Origin: Macrostomum lignano
Lineage: Eukaryota
Assembly (NCBI GenBank): GCA_002269645.1
Contig: NIVC01002856.1
Span: forward strand, 1-64,000
Length of the DNA: 64,000 bases
Reading direction: 5' to 3'
Positions 1 to 23,025 of the stretch are shown one piece after another. The translations under genes were made by a program, and so were the position numbers. Below the pieces are notes generated by a model, which was not told the origin of the DNA, made no database searches, and saw only the letters and a program-made list of their open reading frames with translations. Position 1 is the stretch's first letter. Every line of letters begins with the position of its first letter.

Positions 1-2486
1 GTATTAGGCCCGCGGCTTGGGCGCATTGGGCTCGGTCGCCAAGGACAACCGGTGTTTTCTAACATAATAACTCTCTTTCCTGTTAGATCGTACCACAATG
101 GCATTTGACGGATTGTGTTCTTGGACAATGCTTTCTGTCTACGTTAACCAGATAGATTTACTACTTTCAGTAAAAACTTTTGCACACGCACAGGTATTTT
201 AAGTCTGAGTCAGAAAGTTTAAACCGACTCGGATCAGCCAATCCGTCATGACCGTTCCTAATCTTGTGGCGGCGGCGTTTTTGATTTACATTAATCACGC
301 GATCCGAATTCGAACACTGTAAGCCCTGCTCGATAAATTGAACTGTCTCCTGTTAACTGACTCCATCCCCGTTAACTTGTACAAGATATGCGCGTAACTT
401 TAGGCCAGGACCGGTTTCTGAGAGTTCCTACTCTTCATACGAGGTGTTGGGAGCATCAGATTTCCCTGCAGAAGGGTTCCTGCATGAAGTTTCCCTCCAG
501 CTAAGTTCTCCCGTAGCAAAGTTTTCCCACAGAAGCTTTTGCGAAGTTTTTCGGTAGCGTACACCCACAGGAAGTTTTCCGCAGCGATCAGCTCTGCCCC
601 CGCGGTTTTGGCGTCCATCTAGCGCCCTGAATCCACTGGCGCCTTTTCCTGCCTACTGTCAGAGAATCATAGAATGATATGTTTGCAGCTTGAAGTCCCG
701 TGTCCCTCGACCACTTACTGCAGGTGTCGTTTCTAAGTTTCAGTGCTCTGAGGACCAGAACGAGTCCTCATCTCTTAAATAGGGAAAACGAAGCGACACC
801 TGTACACAAAGGGTCAAGGAGCATTAAACTAAAAGATAGCCATCCAAGAACACCTGCTCACGTTTGATTCATGTTGCAGCAGCAACCCTCATGACTCGTT
901 TAAGATGATTGATTCCTGCCGTCTTGAGTGCAATTTCAACATTTTAGAGGCCGTGTACATTAAAGCTCAAGCCTAATTTGAACTGTCAGTTAGCTATGGG
1001 GTTGTTCGGCGGTGTTCTACGTTTGGGAAAACTCCGTGCGGAAAAACTTTAGCGGGAAAATCTCTTATAGACCCGACTGAGCTCTTTACAGTTTACAATT
1101 GTAGCCACACCTGTAGAGACGCTATTTGTTCAAAGTTTGATTTGCAGACACTATACGGCTCATTCAAACCAGCATCAATTAAAGCTATAGTTTTTGCGTG
1201 TACGCACAGCTTGTGCAAAATGTTTCATCGCTTCATGACATGCGTGCGCGTAATGTGATGACTCGATTGCATGACAGCGGAGTGAACTAGAACTCTCAGA
1301 TTTAGATGTACGAGTACTTCATTTTTTGCTACTCGACCGATACTGACTTTTGGGATGCCCGTAAGTTTCTCTGGCTTACGTAGCAACCTGTATTCTCCGA
1401 CTGACTTAAATCTGAAGAGTACCGAGTCTAGCCGTACCCCAGGTCGCGCTTCAGGTTGGGACGCTTCAAAGGTACATGTAGTTCACCAACGCGCAGCACT
1501 CTATCGCCAAGTTCATTCAAGTGACTATCCTTTAGAAAACTGACAAGTTAGTACGTTACGTACAAGTTCGATTGAATTAAAACTAGAAGACAGAGTAAGA
1601 CGTTCACAGTCCCAGTTATGTGAAGTGTTTGCACTATCAGCTCCAGTTCTAACGCAATGTAACAAGCGCCAAAGATGCGCCGCAGCTGACTTTTAGAACT
1701 TTCGACCATCGAGTCTTATCGCGCTGGTGTTGTGAAGACGCCGCACGAAGTGCAAGCTATTTTTAGCCGCTCACATAAGCCAGGGTATGAAAAATGGCAG
1801 TACAACGAAAAGTCTCCGACTGGCCTCAGTAACTAGCTACTTGAAGTAGGCACCTGCGAGTAAATATTTTTCCCGCAGTCCAGATAAAGAGGCAACTAAC
1901 TACCCGGGCGCTACAATAGATGCTTGCAGCAAAAGTTATTCCAATATCTTTTAAACTATTGCAGACTAAAATTTAAAAGAAAAAGTCGATTGAGAAGAAC
2001 GAAACAGATTAAAAAGCCGAAAAGGTCCTAAGAAAGTGTGTGGGTTATTCGAAAAAAGAAAATAATTGCTTGTATATTTTTCAACGCTTGATTCATTAAT
2101 ATTTGTTGTTGAGTTCAAATGTATAAAACGTAGCGGAATGCCAAAAAACTGTCGATAAATTTATGTAAATAGCCTTCAAAAATAGAAAAAATGACACTGA
2201 AAAATGTGCAAGTGGCTAATTGAAAGTATTTGAATTAGGCCGAAAAAAGCCAGACAAAAAAGCAAAAAACTAAGTCGCTGTTACATTTTGCCAATTTTGC
2301 TAAGACAGCACAACTTACACTGTTGCTCTTCAGTTCGTATACTTGAATTACATGATAACACAAACTAAATATTTGGTCAATTAGTGAATTAGGAAATCAG
2401 AATCACCATGCGGACGGAGCACCTTTTTTATATTGCATTCAATAGTAAATAAAGTTGCAAAAAAGCGATTACATGCTTCTCATGTA

Positions 2487-2500
2487 TTTATTGCAATAAA
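2487..2500. terminator. Candidate poly(A) signal of the ZnT gene (AATAAA on minus strand) within the palindrome TTTATTGCAATAAA
   Basis: About 45 nt downstream of the ZnT stop; the perfect 14-bp palindrome gives AATAAA on both strands. Confidence 0.5.
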
Positions 2501-2536
2501 CGTTATAAAGTCTTTGAGACTGAAGAGCAGGAGTGA

Positions 2537-3703
2537 TCAGTCTTGCGGGTCCTGGCAGTGCTCGCAGTCTGCCATGGCCTCAACGTATTCCTCGATCTGC
2601 ACAGTGACCTCGTGAAGTTGAAACCGCTGCTTAACCAGCCTTGTGGCCGCCAGCAGCAACTCCTGCTGATTAGCGTCCTTAACAACGGCCAGGTGCGCGC
2701 TGACGGCCGTTTTGTTCATTGTGAGACTCCACAGGCGCAGGTTGTGCACTTCGATAACGCCTGGCACAGAGGCGAGCGTCTCCTTGACAATGTTGAAGTC
2801 CAAGCCCTTGGGTGTAGCCTCCATCAGCACGCGCATAGTGTCGCGCAAAATGCTGAAAGTGGTGAACAGGACCAGGATGGAGAACAGGAAGGTGCAGATG
2901 GGGTCAGCCAGTTTCAAGTCAGGTCGGTAGTAAATAACAAAGGCCGCACAGAGGACGCCCAGACTCTGCAAGAAGTCGCCAACTACATGAATAAAAGCTG
3001 CCCGAACGTTGATGTTTTGGTCTGAATGACCGTGATCATCGTTGCCGTGATTGTTGGCGTGACTGTGACCGTGGTCAGTGCCGTGACTGTGACCGTGCTG
3101 ATGCAGCGTCACCGCCATGATGATGTTAACCGCCACACCAACACCGGACGTGATGAGCATAGCCTGGCCTTGAACTTCGAAGTTCTGATTGACAACGCGT
3201 TCAATTGCCAGGTAAACCAGTATACCGGTGACCACCCAGATCATGAGCACAGAAACCAGGGCCCCGACAACTTCGGCCCGGTGCCAACCGAAGCTCATTC
3301 TCTTCGTGGCCGGCCTGGAGGCCAGGTAGAGCGCCAGCAGGCTAATCATGAAGCTGGCAAAGTCCGTCAGCAGGTGAGCAGCGTCCGTCATGATGGCCAA
3401 ACTGTTGGCGATGGCGCCGCCAACGATCTCGCCGGCCATGAAGAGCAGGCAGAGCAGCGAGGCGACCCAGAGCTTGCGCCGGGCCGTGCGCTGGCCGAGC
3501 GCCAGCAGCTGTTCCCTGACCTGCTCGCTGGCGTGGCAGTGCAGCCCGGCCTCGCTGTCCGAGCTGGTGCCCCGCTGCATGGCGTGGTAGGACGGACCGG
3601 CGTGAGACACCAGACTGCTCTTCTCGCTGACATTGGCACCGTGGCTTGGCATTGTGGACACAATAATCAATGTGTGCGCGTGACAACTGCAAAGTTTAAT
3701 CAT
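2537..3703 (-). CDS. SLC30A2: ZnT/SLC30 (CDF family) zinc transporter, ZnT2/3/4/8-type, single exon; real start may be the ATG at 3652 (MPSHGAN...)
   Basis: 388-aa ORF with six hydrophobic segments. It has the CDF signature SLAIMTDAAHLLTD, a His-rich loop HQHGHSHGTDHGHSH, TM5 HVVGD (HD-HD Zn site), C-terminal domain HNLRLWSLT..HLAV and terminal CEHCQDPQD. Subfamily call is from recalled similarity. Confidence 0.93.
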   Translation of the reverse strand: MIKLCSCHAHTLIIVSTMPSHGANVSEKSSLVSHAGPSYHAMQRGTSSDSEAGLHCHASEQVREQLLALGQRTARRKLWVASLLCLLFMAGEIVGGAIANSLAIMTDAAHLLTDFASFMISLLALYLASRPATKRMSFGWHRAEVVGALVSVLMIWVVTGILVYLAIERVVNQNFEVQGQAMLITSGVGVAVNIIMAVTLHQHGHSHGTDHGHSHANNHGNDDHGHSDQNINVRAAFIHVVGDFLQSLGVLCAAFVIYYRPDLKLADPICTFLFSILVLFTTFSILRDTMRVLMEATPKGLDFNIVKETLASVPGVIEVHNLRLWSLTMNKTAVSAHLAVVKDANQQELLLAATRLVKQRFQLHEVTVQIEEYVEAMADCEHCQDPQD

Positions 3704-5989
3704 TAGTAGGGACTTAAAATGTGAAGTTTTGAAGAGGCTATATGCCTATGTTTAATCGGCTCGACCTTCTCACGAACCTTTTTAAACAGCCAATCCGAAC
3801 AAACGCTATGGGGTCTCACTTCATACTCGAGTGTACTTGCATTCAAATTGCTAACAAAGCAATTAACAGATCTGAGAAGCACCTGTGAGGGTCAGGAAAA
3901 TTACTACTGTTATCAAAGCTCTTGCTGATAATCTTTGGCAGAATTATAAATTGCAACACACCCATGCCACGTGACATGAGTTTCTTGTTGGGAAACACTT
4001 TTGAACTATAGTAGAAAGCAAAATAAACATAGAAGTACAATTAAACTGTATGCAAGACTAATGGTAAAGGAGCTTAAGAAAAAAGAGATTTTATGAATTT
4101 TTGAGTAGGCCTAAAACAATTAGATTTTTTTTTCTGAAAATGCTCTCATTTTCAACAAATTTGATATTTTTAGACTTGTATTTTATTTTTTATTTTGAAT
4201 AAGTAATTAAGTAGTTCAACTATTAGAAGTTATGAATATAAATATATATGTAACTTATTTGGCCATAAAAAACTAAGTCATTATTGCTACTTAAATTGTC
4301 AATTAAAATAAAAAATCTAAGCAGGAAAAGAGACAGAAAGAAGATTAAAACTCCTAAACTCTAGAAAAAAAACTCTAGAATAAACTCATTTAAATCCTAG
4401 ACATATTGTGAAAAGTTTCAAATTATTTTTCACTTGAATAAAAAAGAAAGTAGCATATAATAGTTATATTTCTACTCAAAAATAGAAATCAATAATAGGC
4501 TTATCTGGCTATTAAAAAGTATTTTTGAACTATATAAAATAATAATAATGATAAATAAGATTAGACAATATCTTAAACAATGATCTATATCCATTAAAAA
4601 TATTAGGGCCTAGGGCTAGGGAGTATAATAACTGGGTCTAATTAAAAATGTTCAAAATATCCAAAAATGCACCCATAATAACAAAGCAATGAGCCAAAAA
4701 AGGATGATTTTTCAAAATTTAATATGGAAATATGGCTACACTAAGCCTTTACTCTGAGCCCAATAAATTTAGACAGCATAGACAGTTAGACCTAATAATG
4801 CAAAAATCATTTTTTGAGAACTGAAGCAACATGGGTTTACTAGTAAGACAATATTAGTAATAAATTAAGATGCTAATATAGCTGAGTTAAGTAAAGGTTA
4901 CTACCTAAATACCATTGAATAATACAATCTACTTGCTACTTGCACCTATACATTATAATGTTTGAATATGAATATACTTTCGTATGTTTGATTGTTTTAT
5001 GCATACAGAGGTAAACTATCAAATAAAGGAAAGAGTTGCAAATAATTACTTAATAAATAAATAATTCTAAATCAATCAGGCTGTTGGTCTGTAGCAAATG
5101 CAACAATAACAACTGCAAGTGCTGTTTTTGTTTGCTGCACGCAATTCGTTCGCTTTAGTCTCCGAAACATTTCGAAGAAAATCATTGTTTTAAATTTAGA
5201 GTGAACATAACATTTTAACAAGTTTCGACGGCATTTACAAGCAATATTACCAGCGGTTCCTATACGTCCCTCCTTGCCTCGTCTCTCCGATTTAAATAAT
5301 CGCGTTATATTCCATCTATCTTGATTTCCCCAGGCGATACTACATCACTTGTTTATGTACAGTAGCTTTGTTGAGCAGCTGGTCGTATTTTGACCATTAG
5401 TGAAGGGGAGGCAAAGACAAACCGAGTGTGAAGACGGCAAGGCAATGAAAAGCTAGGGGGTGCACTCCAAGTCGGTCAATGGTATTGTTGAAACAAATTG
5501 ATTAGAGAGGATTCAAAATTGACGAGAAAAAATTCCAAACGCGAGCAAACCCTTATAGTAGCCGCATAGGTGGCGGCCTCAATAGGCACACGGCATGCAC
5601 AACGCACCCAAAAACCCAAGCTGACAGCCAACACCCAAACAGCCCCCAAGAACCACGTATGTAGCTATATACAATGGACCTTGACAGCCCCCTTGCTTGC
5701 ATTAAAGGCGGTTAGCCCTCGCCGGCTCGCGCAAACCGATATATTAGTTAATTAAGGGAGGCAAAGACAAACCGATTGTGGCGACGGTGAGGCAATTAAA
5801 AGCTAGGGCATGCACCCCCAGGCCAAACTGACAAATAAATGAACGAATGAGAAAATTAACGAAAAAAGGGGAAATTAAGGCAGGGGATAAGAGTAGAAAT
5901 ATAAAAACCTTGAAATCACGAGTAAAAGTCACTCAAAGGCAATTCTCTCTAAAAAGCGCCAGCAATATGCGAACCAGCTTCAGCAGAGA

Positions 5990-6711
5990 ATCTGCATAGG
6001 CAGTGGAAGGTAGGCAGTCACAGCATCACTTCGCCAGTCACCGATGCATTTCACCTCTTAAACAGAGTACCACCTCTGCGCAAGCTGTGCGCTGAGAAAG
6101 AACGGTCGAACGTCCTACCCAACAGTTGCTAGGCAACGCTTGAGGAACCTGTCGAATCTTGAGGCAGACAGGACAATAGAGGATCCGCTCGCCAACACAG
6201 GTTGCCTGCCACCAAGCTTGCTGATGCGGAGGTGACTCTCTAGCGCGGCCACCAGGCAAAGCGGATGCCCTTATTTTAGCATTGGAAGCAACACTTGGTG
6301 CAGCCTCGCTTCGAACTGGTTCGTTTTGCCATAACTGACGGAGAGCACAACCCTCTTCGGGTGGTATTTAAAGGCTGAGACGGAGATCGCTGAACCGGAT
6401 TGCTGGCAGGGCAGGAGACTGGAACGCCAAAAAATCCCCCACCAAGCAATCGGCGTCACAAGCCAGCAGACTGTATCAAGCGAACTGCTCGAATTAAGTC
6501 GGTTCCTCACAGACCGGCAGCTTCTGTCTTGGTCGCTGGCCCAACCTCCGTTTGGCGACGCGAACGAGCAGTCAGACCAGGTGGTTTTTGTTCGGTCCTC
6601 AGCATCATCACAAGTTTTGAACCAGCTGGACAGTGCACTGACGTGGACACGCAGACTGTTGAACGATCTCAGGGGGCATTCGACTAGGTGAGCCAGGTGG
6701 TTAAGTAGCAC
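5990..6711 (-). pseudogene. Tyrosine recombinase of the DIRS/Ngaro element (disrupted)
   Basis: HSLRRGG at about 6075-6095 and GDWRSDAVTAY (catalytic Tyr) at about 6010-6045, read by hand; interrupted by stops and frameshifts. Confidence 0.85.
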
Positions 6712-7804
6712 CGACCAGTCGTATCAAGTCGGGTTGGTCCAGCTCTCGTTGCAATAACTGCGCCAGGACCGGACGGCCGATGAGATTGCCCTGTGTGACT
6801 GCGGTGCGTATGTTGCGGCGAGGAGGCCGGAGGTGGCGGCGCCGAGGGTCTGCGTTGCAGGGAGGCGGCCTGTGAAGATAAAAAAACAGGAAGTAAAAAC
6901 AGAAAACGCGTGATCGGAAAACTACACAGGGAAATTTGCACCGAGCCAAAAGCACAGAAAATAAAACTAAACAACTCATGACATGATTGCAAGCGGGACC
7001 CGCATCAGAAAACAGCTGATAGGCACCAGGAAAGTGAAAGACCTCAAATTCAACGTCGAAACGCAGACACAGCAGCGTAACAGCCTGCAACAACCACATC
7101 AGCCGCGAGTCCCTGGAGACACCTCGCCTCAGCATCCAACACGCCGTCTCATTGTCGCAGTCGACAGCCAGCCGACACCCGACCAAGGACTGGGGTCATC
7201 TCAAAACAGCCAGCGAGATAACCACAGCCTCCTTGTAATTGATGCAGTAATCCTGAAAAACACCATTCGCGTCAGTCTGCAAATCAATGAAGCACCAATC
7301 ACGAATTCCATCACCGTCACGGAGCACCGCTGCGTCACCTAAAGACGATGAATCGGTCTCCATGGCAACACAAGCCCTCAGCGAAGTCTACAGGCCAACA
7401 CCGATGCGATGCTGCAAAGCCAGACGCCACCAGGAGAGGAGACGCACCACGGAGGGGCTAACAAGAACCCTGACATGAGGCTGATGCAGCTTGTAAGTCG
7501 ACATAAGTCGACAGCCAGCCGACACCCGACCAAGGACTGGGGTCATCTCAAAAAAGCCAGCGAGATAACCACAGCCTCCTTGTAATTGATGCAGTAATCC
7601 TGAAAAACAGTGTGAAAAACAATCGTGAAGTGTGGAACACACTTCACGGTGAATCCAAGCTGCTCCAGCAGATCGATTCAGATGATTGTAGAACTTTTAA
7701 CAGGACTCCTGACCTCCACAGAAGGCGAAGTCATCCATGTAGGCCTTGATAGCGTAGAACCCAGGCTTCAATGGCTGGCTGGCCCTCGCCATGGAGCTGA
7801 ATCT

Positions 7805-8326
7805 TCATGCCTGTGACCCGGTGGTCATCTGGGTACACTCCACATGAACGGTACGATACAAGTCCACTTTGCACATATACGCGCCGCTATACAGCTTCAA
7901 GGCAAAGTTGCTGGCAGATGTAAAACGCAACTTCCGTTTCGACTCTAAGAAATCATTGACTGAGGTGCGAGTTGGCAGGCTGCAGTCGTGAATAAGGCGG
8001 ATGGAAGACGAGTCCGCCTTAGGGATCGCACCAAGTGCACTTACAATTAGCGGCCGATTGCCTGCCTGACAGCGCCTGTAGAGGTCCTGCTCAAGCTCCT
8101 GATGCACTTGGGCCTCAACAGCTTGTTGGTGAATAGTAGCTGATCTTTGATTCGTCATTTCAGTGTGGTTCTTATAATCCATCACCTTATTAGTAATACG
8201 GAAGCCATTCTTCACACCATCGAGCTCGAACCTGACCCGGTCCTCCAGCATCTCGGTCCCAGCCAGCTCTTCCCGCCAAACCGCAAAGACAAGGTCGCTC
8301 GACAACTCTGTTGAACTGGGGGTCAC
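7805..8326 (-). pseudogene. Reverse transcriptase N-terminal fragment of the DIRS/Ngaro element
   Basis: TPSS..W..EL...D..F.LDGVKNGFRI followed by VSALGAIPK.DSS.IRLIHDCS.P...SVND; no intact YxDD found. Confidence 0.85.
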
Positions 8327-11289
8327 TTAAGGGGAGATCCCCCGTGGGGCACAGGAGGGTGACCCGGAGCTAGACCTTGAGTCCTGTGCCCCCACCTCAC
8401 ACGCTAGTTTTTTTAAAGTTGGCCCGAGTCTTCATCAGCGTATGCTCGGGCCTCGGAGTGCGGCTGTGAGCACCTGCGGCACTGATGAGTTCTGTTGCAG
8501 CTGCTAAGACTGTTGAAGTCGAAACAGACCGGTGGCTGCGTTCGCTTTTTAGGCGCTCTTGCATTTATCAATTTGTTGGTGCCATCAAGTGTGTTGCCAC
8601 CAGACGCTGACAGCACTCCACCGCATTCCTTCATGCTGGAAAATCTCGAGAAGCCCTCAAGGACTACTACTACTCTTTGAACGTATGTACGCTCGTATGT
8701 CCATTCTCTCTAAGCGATTGCGCCAATCCCTAGCAAGACTCCAGGTGATCCTACATCACTTGTTTATGTACAGTAGCTCTGTTGAGCAACTGGTCGTATT
8801 TTGGCCAGTATTCAACAAAGATACAGAATAAAAATCTACCTTTTTTGTCATTGTTCATGAATCACGAGTATGAGTACTAGCAGCAAAGTAGTTTTCAAAA
8901 GGAACGCGACTTTCTGCTCTCTCTTTAAACTTCTATCATTTCCTAGAAAGAGCAGCGTTGCTGACTGCACACCTACAATTATGATCTGGAGAGGTGCACC
9001 ACAAGGTGCATTTGTTTCCCAAGGATTTGTACGAGAGATGGAGATGGGATCTACCGAGTGTATTGGTAGTATAAGACTGACAGAAACAGGACGAAATCGT
9101 TTCTGTCAGTTGCACCACATGCATTGCTTATTTATGCACTTCAATCCGTGATGGATCGCATGGGAGTCTGCGCCAAGAACGTACTGCCTGCCAGATACCC
9201 CAATATGGTAAAAAGACGCCGTTTTTTGTACCAAAAGACTCGCCTTTGGTTTTGTCATGGTTTCACCGTTTTGCCCAGTGCAAAGTCAAGGTAAAATCTT
9301 ATGCTACTGAAATATAATTATATGCGTGCTGCTTATGCAACGCTTGTATTCTGGATTAATTACTTTTTTAATATTTTACACACACTGGATAGGCGTCTTG
9401 GTCTTCCTACTCAGTTTTCAGCCAGCACGATAGGTCTGGTTACAGCTGGATGCTATAATTAAACGCTGCAAAAAACTCAGAGGTATCAGTTAAAACCGAG
9501 TTTTCCTCTTTTATGAGAAGCATTGTAGGAGCAATTGGCAATGCAGGGTCTGGAGATTTCGGATCCCATAATGTTTTTTGTTGCTAGACGAGTTGAAGCT
9601 AGCTCTGGATTCCCCGACAGCCCATAGATATTGCATTTCTACTATTCTAAAGTCGGCATTAACCTACCTGATCAGGTCATACATTTGAGCATTTAAACAT
9701 TTCTGAGCATCTATATTCTACATTTGAACACTCCTTCCATGACCTCACCAGCGCACTCTACGACTCCAACTCGTAGGAAGGGAGGAAGGATGTTGGCACG
9801 AAGCCCGACGCTCAGGAGGTCACTCGTTCTGGTTTTTTTAAATTGGGTACTGATTATTCAGGAGGATGTATGTGCAGCCTTCTATCCGATACAGATGCAA
9901 ACATCCAATGATGCGTGCTGTCGATGATATCAGCCAGACGGTGCGAACAATATTGGCCATTATGGCTAGTAACGAAGCCACTTTCTGGGTGGAAAACCTT
10001 TTGTTAAAGTGTCTACAAGAAACAATTGGAAACTCTGGCACTCAATCTTTCAGGCTGTGAATAAAAAAAAGGAAAAGTGGACTTAATTTTGTAAAATAGT
10101 GAGCTGCAAAAATCCAGATCTGCACGTCTGGTTTACTAGTCCTAGCAGACATCCGATTTCTGCCGCCCTTGATGACAACATTATAGGTTTCTTAGTGATT
10201 TAGCCGACTCAATCGACCAATCTCAGTGTGGTAAAGGACGCGCGCGCAATCGAACTATCACATTGGAGACGAAATCAGCAATTGTTCATCTCTTTGCGTG
10301 GCATGGTAGATTTCTGCTCGGAAATTCTACTCAATTGGTGTTTCCTACATCCTTACGTCTAGAGTGGTGGGAATTAGTTCATATCTAAGGAGCAGGTATT
10401 ACTGAGTACACGGCTTATGTTCTGTTCGCCACAATCGCTGAGCACTTTTTTCCATCTATATTAATTACAACATTCAAAATGCTTCTCGATACGTTCTCTT
10501 TAGGACTCGTAAAGAAACGATCAAAAGTAGCCCAATCATCTGTTCCGATGCAAGATAGCAAAGCAAAGAAACTCATGAACACCTGAGTGTTTTGTTTCTC
10601 TCAAGATATGTTCATGTGATTATCTGCATAAGCACGAAACTCCAGACGCAGTTATTTAATTAAAATTTCAAAAATACGTTAGCATAGATCCTTATACATT
10701 CTGGAACTGTAGTACTCTAGATCTCTAGTTCTGGTCTGGTCAAATCTGTTAATTCTCAAACCGGATTTTCAACAGGTACCCATCACTATGGCATCCACAG
10801 AGACTTGCTGAGCATACTGTTCACTTCATCCTATGCAACATGCAAAAGCTTGCGACGGGCTAGCTGCCTAACTCGCTGATACGAGCTAGTATGCGTCCGA
10901 AACGAATACTAGCAGACTGGTAATGCTAGGCTTTGAATTGTAACTACTAACTAACTAACTAATTAACTAACTAACTAAGTAAGTAAGTAACTCACTAACT
11001 AACTGACTAACGACTTTGTAACTAACTAATTTATTAAGTAAAATCAAGCAGTGACTCCCCCGATAAAATGGCAGTCAAATGGCTGGACACTATTGCTCAG
11101 CATAAATTAATTTACCAATGGAATTTCCACTTCCGGCGAGTGTATTGGCTGCTGAGCACGCTGTCCAATGACAGTCAAGCCAGGCGCTTTTAAAAATCCT
11201 TGAATACCTTGTCCTGCTCTGTCTCCGCTGTCAACTTCATTATCCTTTGCATCGCACTTAGACAGGGGCGGAAATCTCCTCTCGAAGTC

Positions 11290-21463
<10,174 letters not shown>

Positions 21464-22849
21464 AGAGTTAACTGGACCTATAATTGAACTTTGATCGGAT
21501 GTCATGCATATACTCTCGTGAATGTAATCTGTTGAATTCGTTTGGTAAACCAACCTTTGTCACCACTTTGCTCCACGTATTTCTATGTTTGTCTGGTTTC
21601 CAATATGATCAAACTGTGTTCTACCGGCGTTAACTTAAGCAAATTTAGCTATTAGCTATTATTAGGCCGGCAAGAAATTTATTAAATTATTTTCTAAAAT
21701 CCCTGGCACCATCGTTTGATCCACTTGTCTGTGTGATTGTTACTTTGATATTTTTTATGTTGTGTACCGCTTTCAGAAGCACAGGCAATATTTATCATCA
21801 AAGGAACGCTCACTTTCCCGAGCACCTGTAGTTTTCTGTCGTTGTGAAATCTCAGTCTTGTGTCAGCCGCCCCTCTAAAGGATTTTTTATTCAAGCTAGC
21901 GCTCGTCTGCAGCTGTTTAGACTGCCCCCAACAGGTATTTAAATATAATTTTATTGTACCATAAATTGCACCATTATTACTTAAATTGCAGCATAACCAA
22001 TCCACTTTCCTGTGGCACTTTCCACACAGAGAACTAGTAACTACTCGTAACTTAACGAGCTAAAATATCATTAATGCTACTCAACAGTTTGTACTCAGCT
22101 TATTTTGACCAGTAAATTGACATTTGATGAGAGTTCACCAAAAAATACAGAGTTCCAACATGTCAACAGTGTAAATTCAGAAGTACTCTGCAGAAAATTG
22201 AAGCAGCACGGCGCAGGGGCAAACATTTTCGTGGAAATTAACCCGAGCCTGGAAAGGTGCCGTGAATTCATCGACAAATTCAGTCTCTACACAAATTTCC
22301 GAATTCATCTTAAAAGCAACATCTAAAAGTACTAGGACTTACTATTGATAAATCAACTGATAACCAAGGGCAATAGGCTTTTAGCATAGCGAGCTAAAAT
22401 AAAAATAGCTGCTTGTAAACAAGGTCGTGACAATCAAGCAACATAAGCTTTAGTTGATTACTACAATTTACAATAGAATACTCATCAATTTAATTAGTCA
22501 CAAATTCAAATTTGACGACCAAGTAAAGATTTGAATGCTCTCTATCACGGAATCCTCATGGTCGATTTTTTGCCCTGAAAGCGACTCTGACTACTAATTG
22601 GAATACGAGTTAGTAGAACCCCAGTCAGTGGAATACCAGTTACTTTCTACGTCTTGCTCAGGGACAACTGTTTTAGTTGTCCCTGGTCTTGCTTGTATTT
22701 ACCTAAACTAATTTACGAGTAGAAGGTAGTCTAACGCAACCTTTGAAAAGAGTCAACATTGGAAAGCATTTTCCTGGAGAAAGGATGCTTAAAATTAACG
22801 CATGCTTCTCCTGCTACTCTAGATGTCAAGCGCTTTCGAAGTGTACATA

Positions 22850-23025
22850 GTGTGCATGCCTAACGATAAATGTGAGTGTGTGTCTGTGCGTATGACTGCG
22901 TACGTATCCGCGCGCTTGTGTGCCTGCTCAGGGGAGTCGGCGGAATAGGCAGTAATGCCTCTCGCCGGTTGTGTGCCTATGTCGCTTAAAGTGCACCAGG
23001 GTGCACACAGCCCCTGCCTGTAAAA
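22850..23025 (+). mobile_element. tRNA-derived SINE copy (3' part)
   Basis: Close reverse-complement match to 62830-63020. Confidence 0.75.

Larger units (their letters stand above)
5400..8740 (-). mobile_element. Decayed tyrosine-recombinase retrotransposon (DIRS order, Ngaro/PAT-like), 5'-truncated
   Basis: Minus-strand domain order: gag Zn-finger (8413-8634, CFDFNSLSSCNRTHQCRRCSQPH); RT N-part (7805-8326, SALGAIPKADSSSIRLIHDCS...CKVDL); RNase H (about 6990-7450, LLSWWRLAL..TDSS..INYKEAVVISLA..DCDNETA); tyrosine recombinase (about 5990-6711, SYGKTNQF, HPLCLVAALESHL, HSLRRGG, GDWRSDAVTAY). There are in-frame stops and frameshifts. A direct-repeat pair lies at the 3' end (5406-5470 / 5756-5820). 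Confidence 0.88.

Noticed and set aside
2543-3706. Plus-strand ORFs of 160 and 226 aa
   Set aside because: Antisense shadows of the GC-rich ZnT CDS; the same applies to 20815-21553, 32561-33098 and 61928-62395.
9300-10060. Possible decayed transposase
   Set aside because: Only short broken frames; no motif I can assign.
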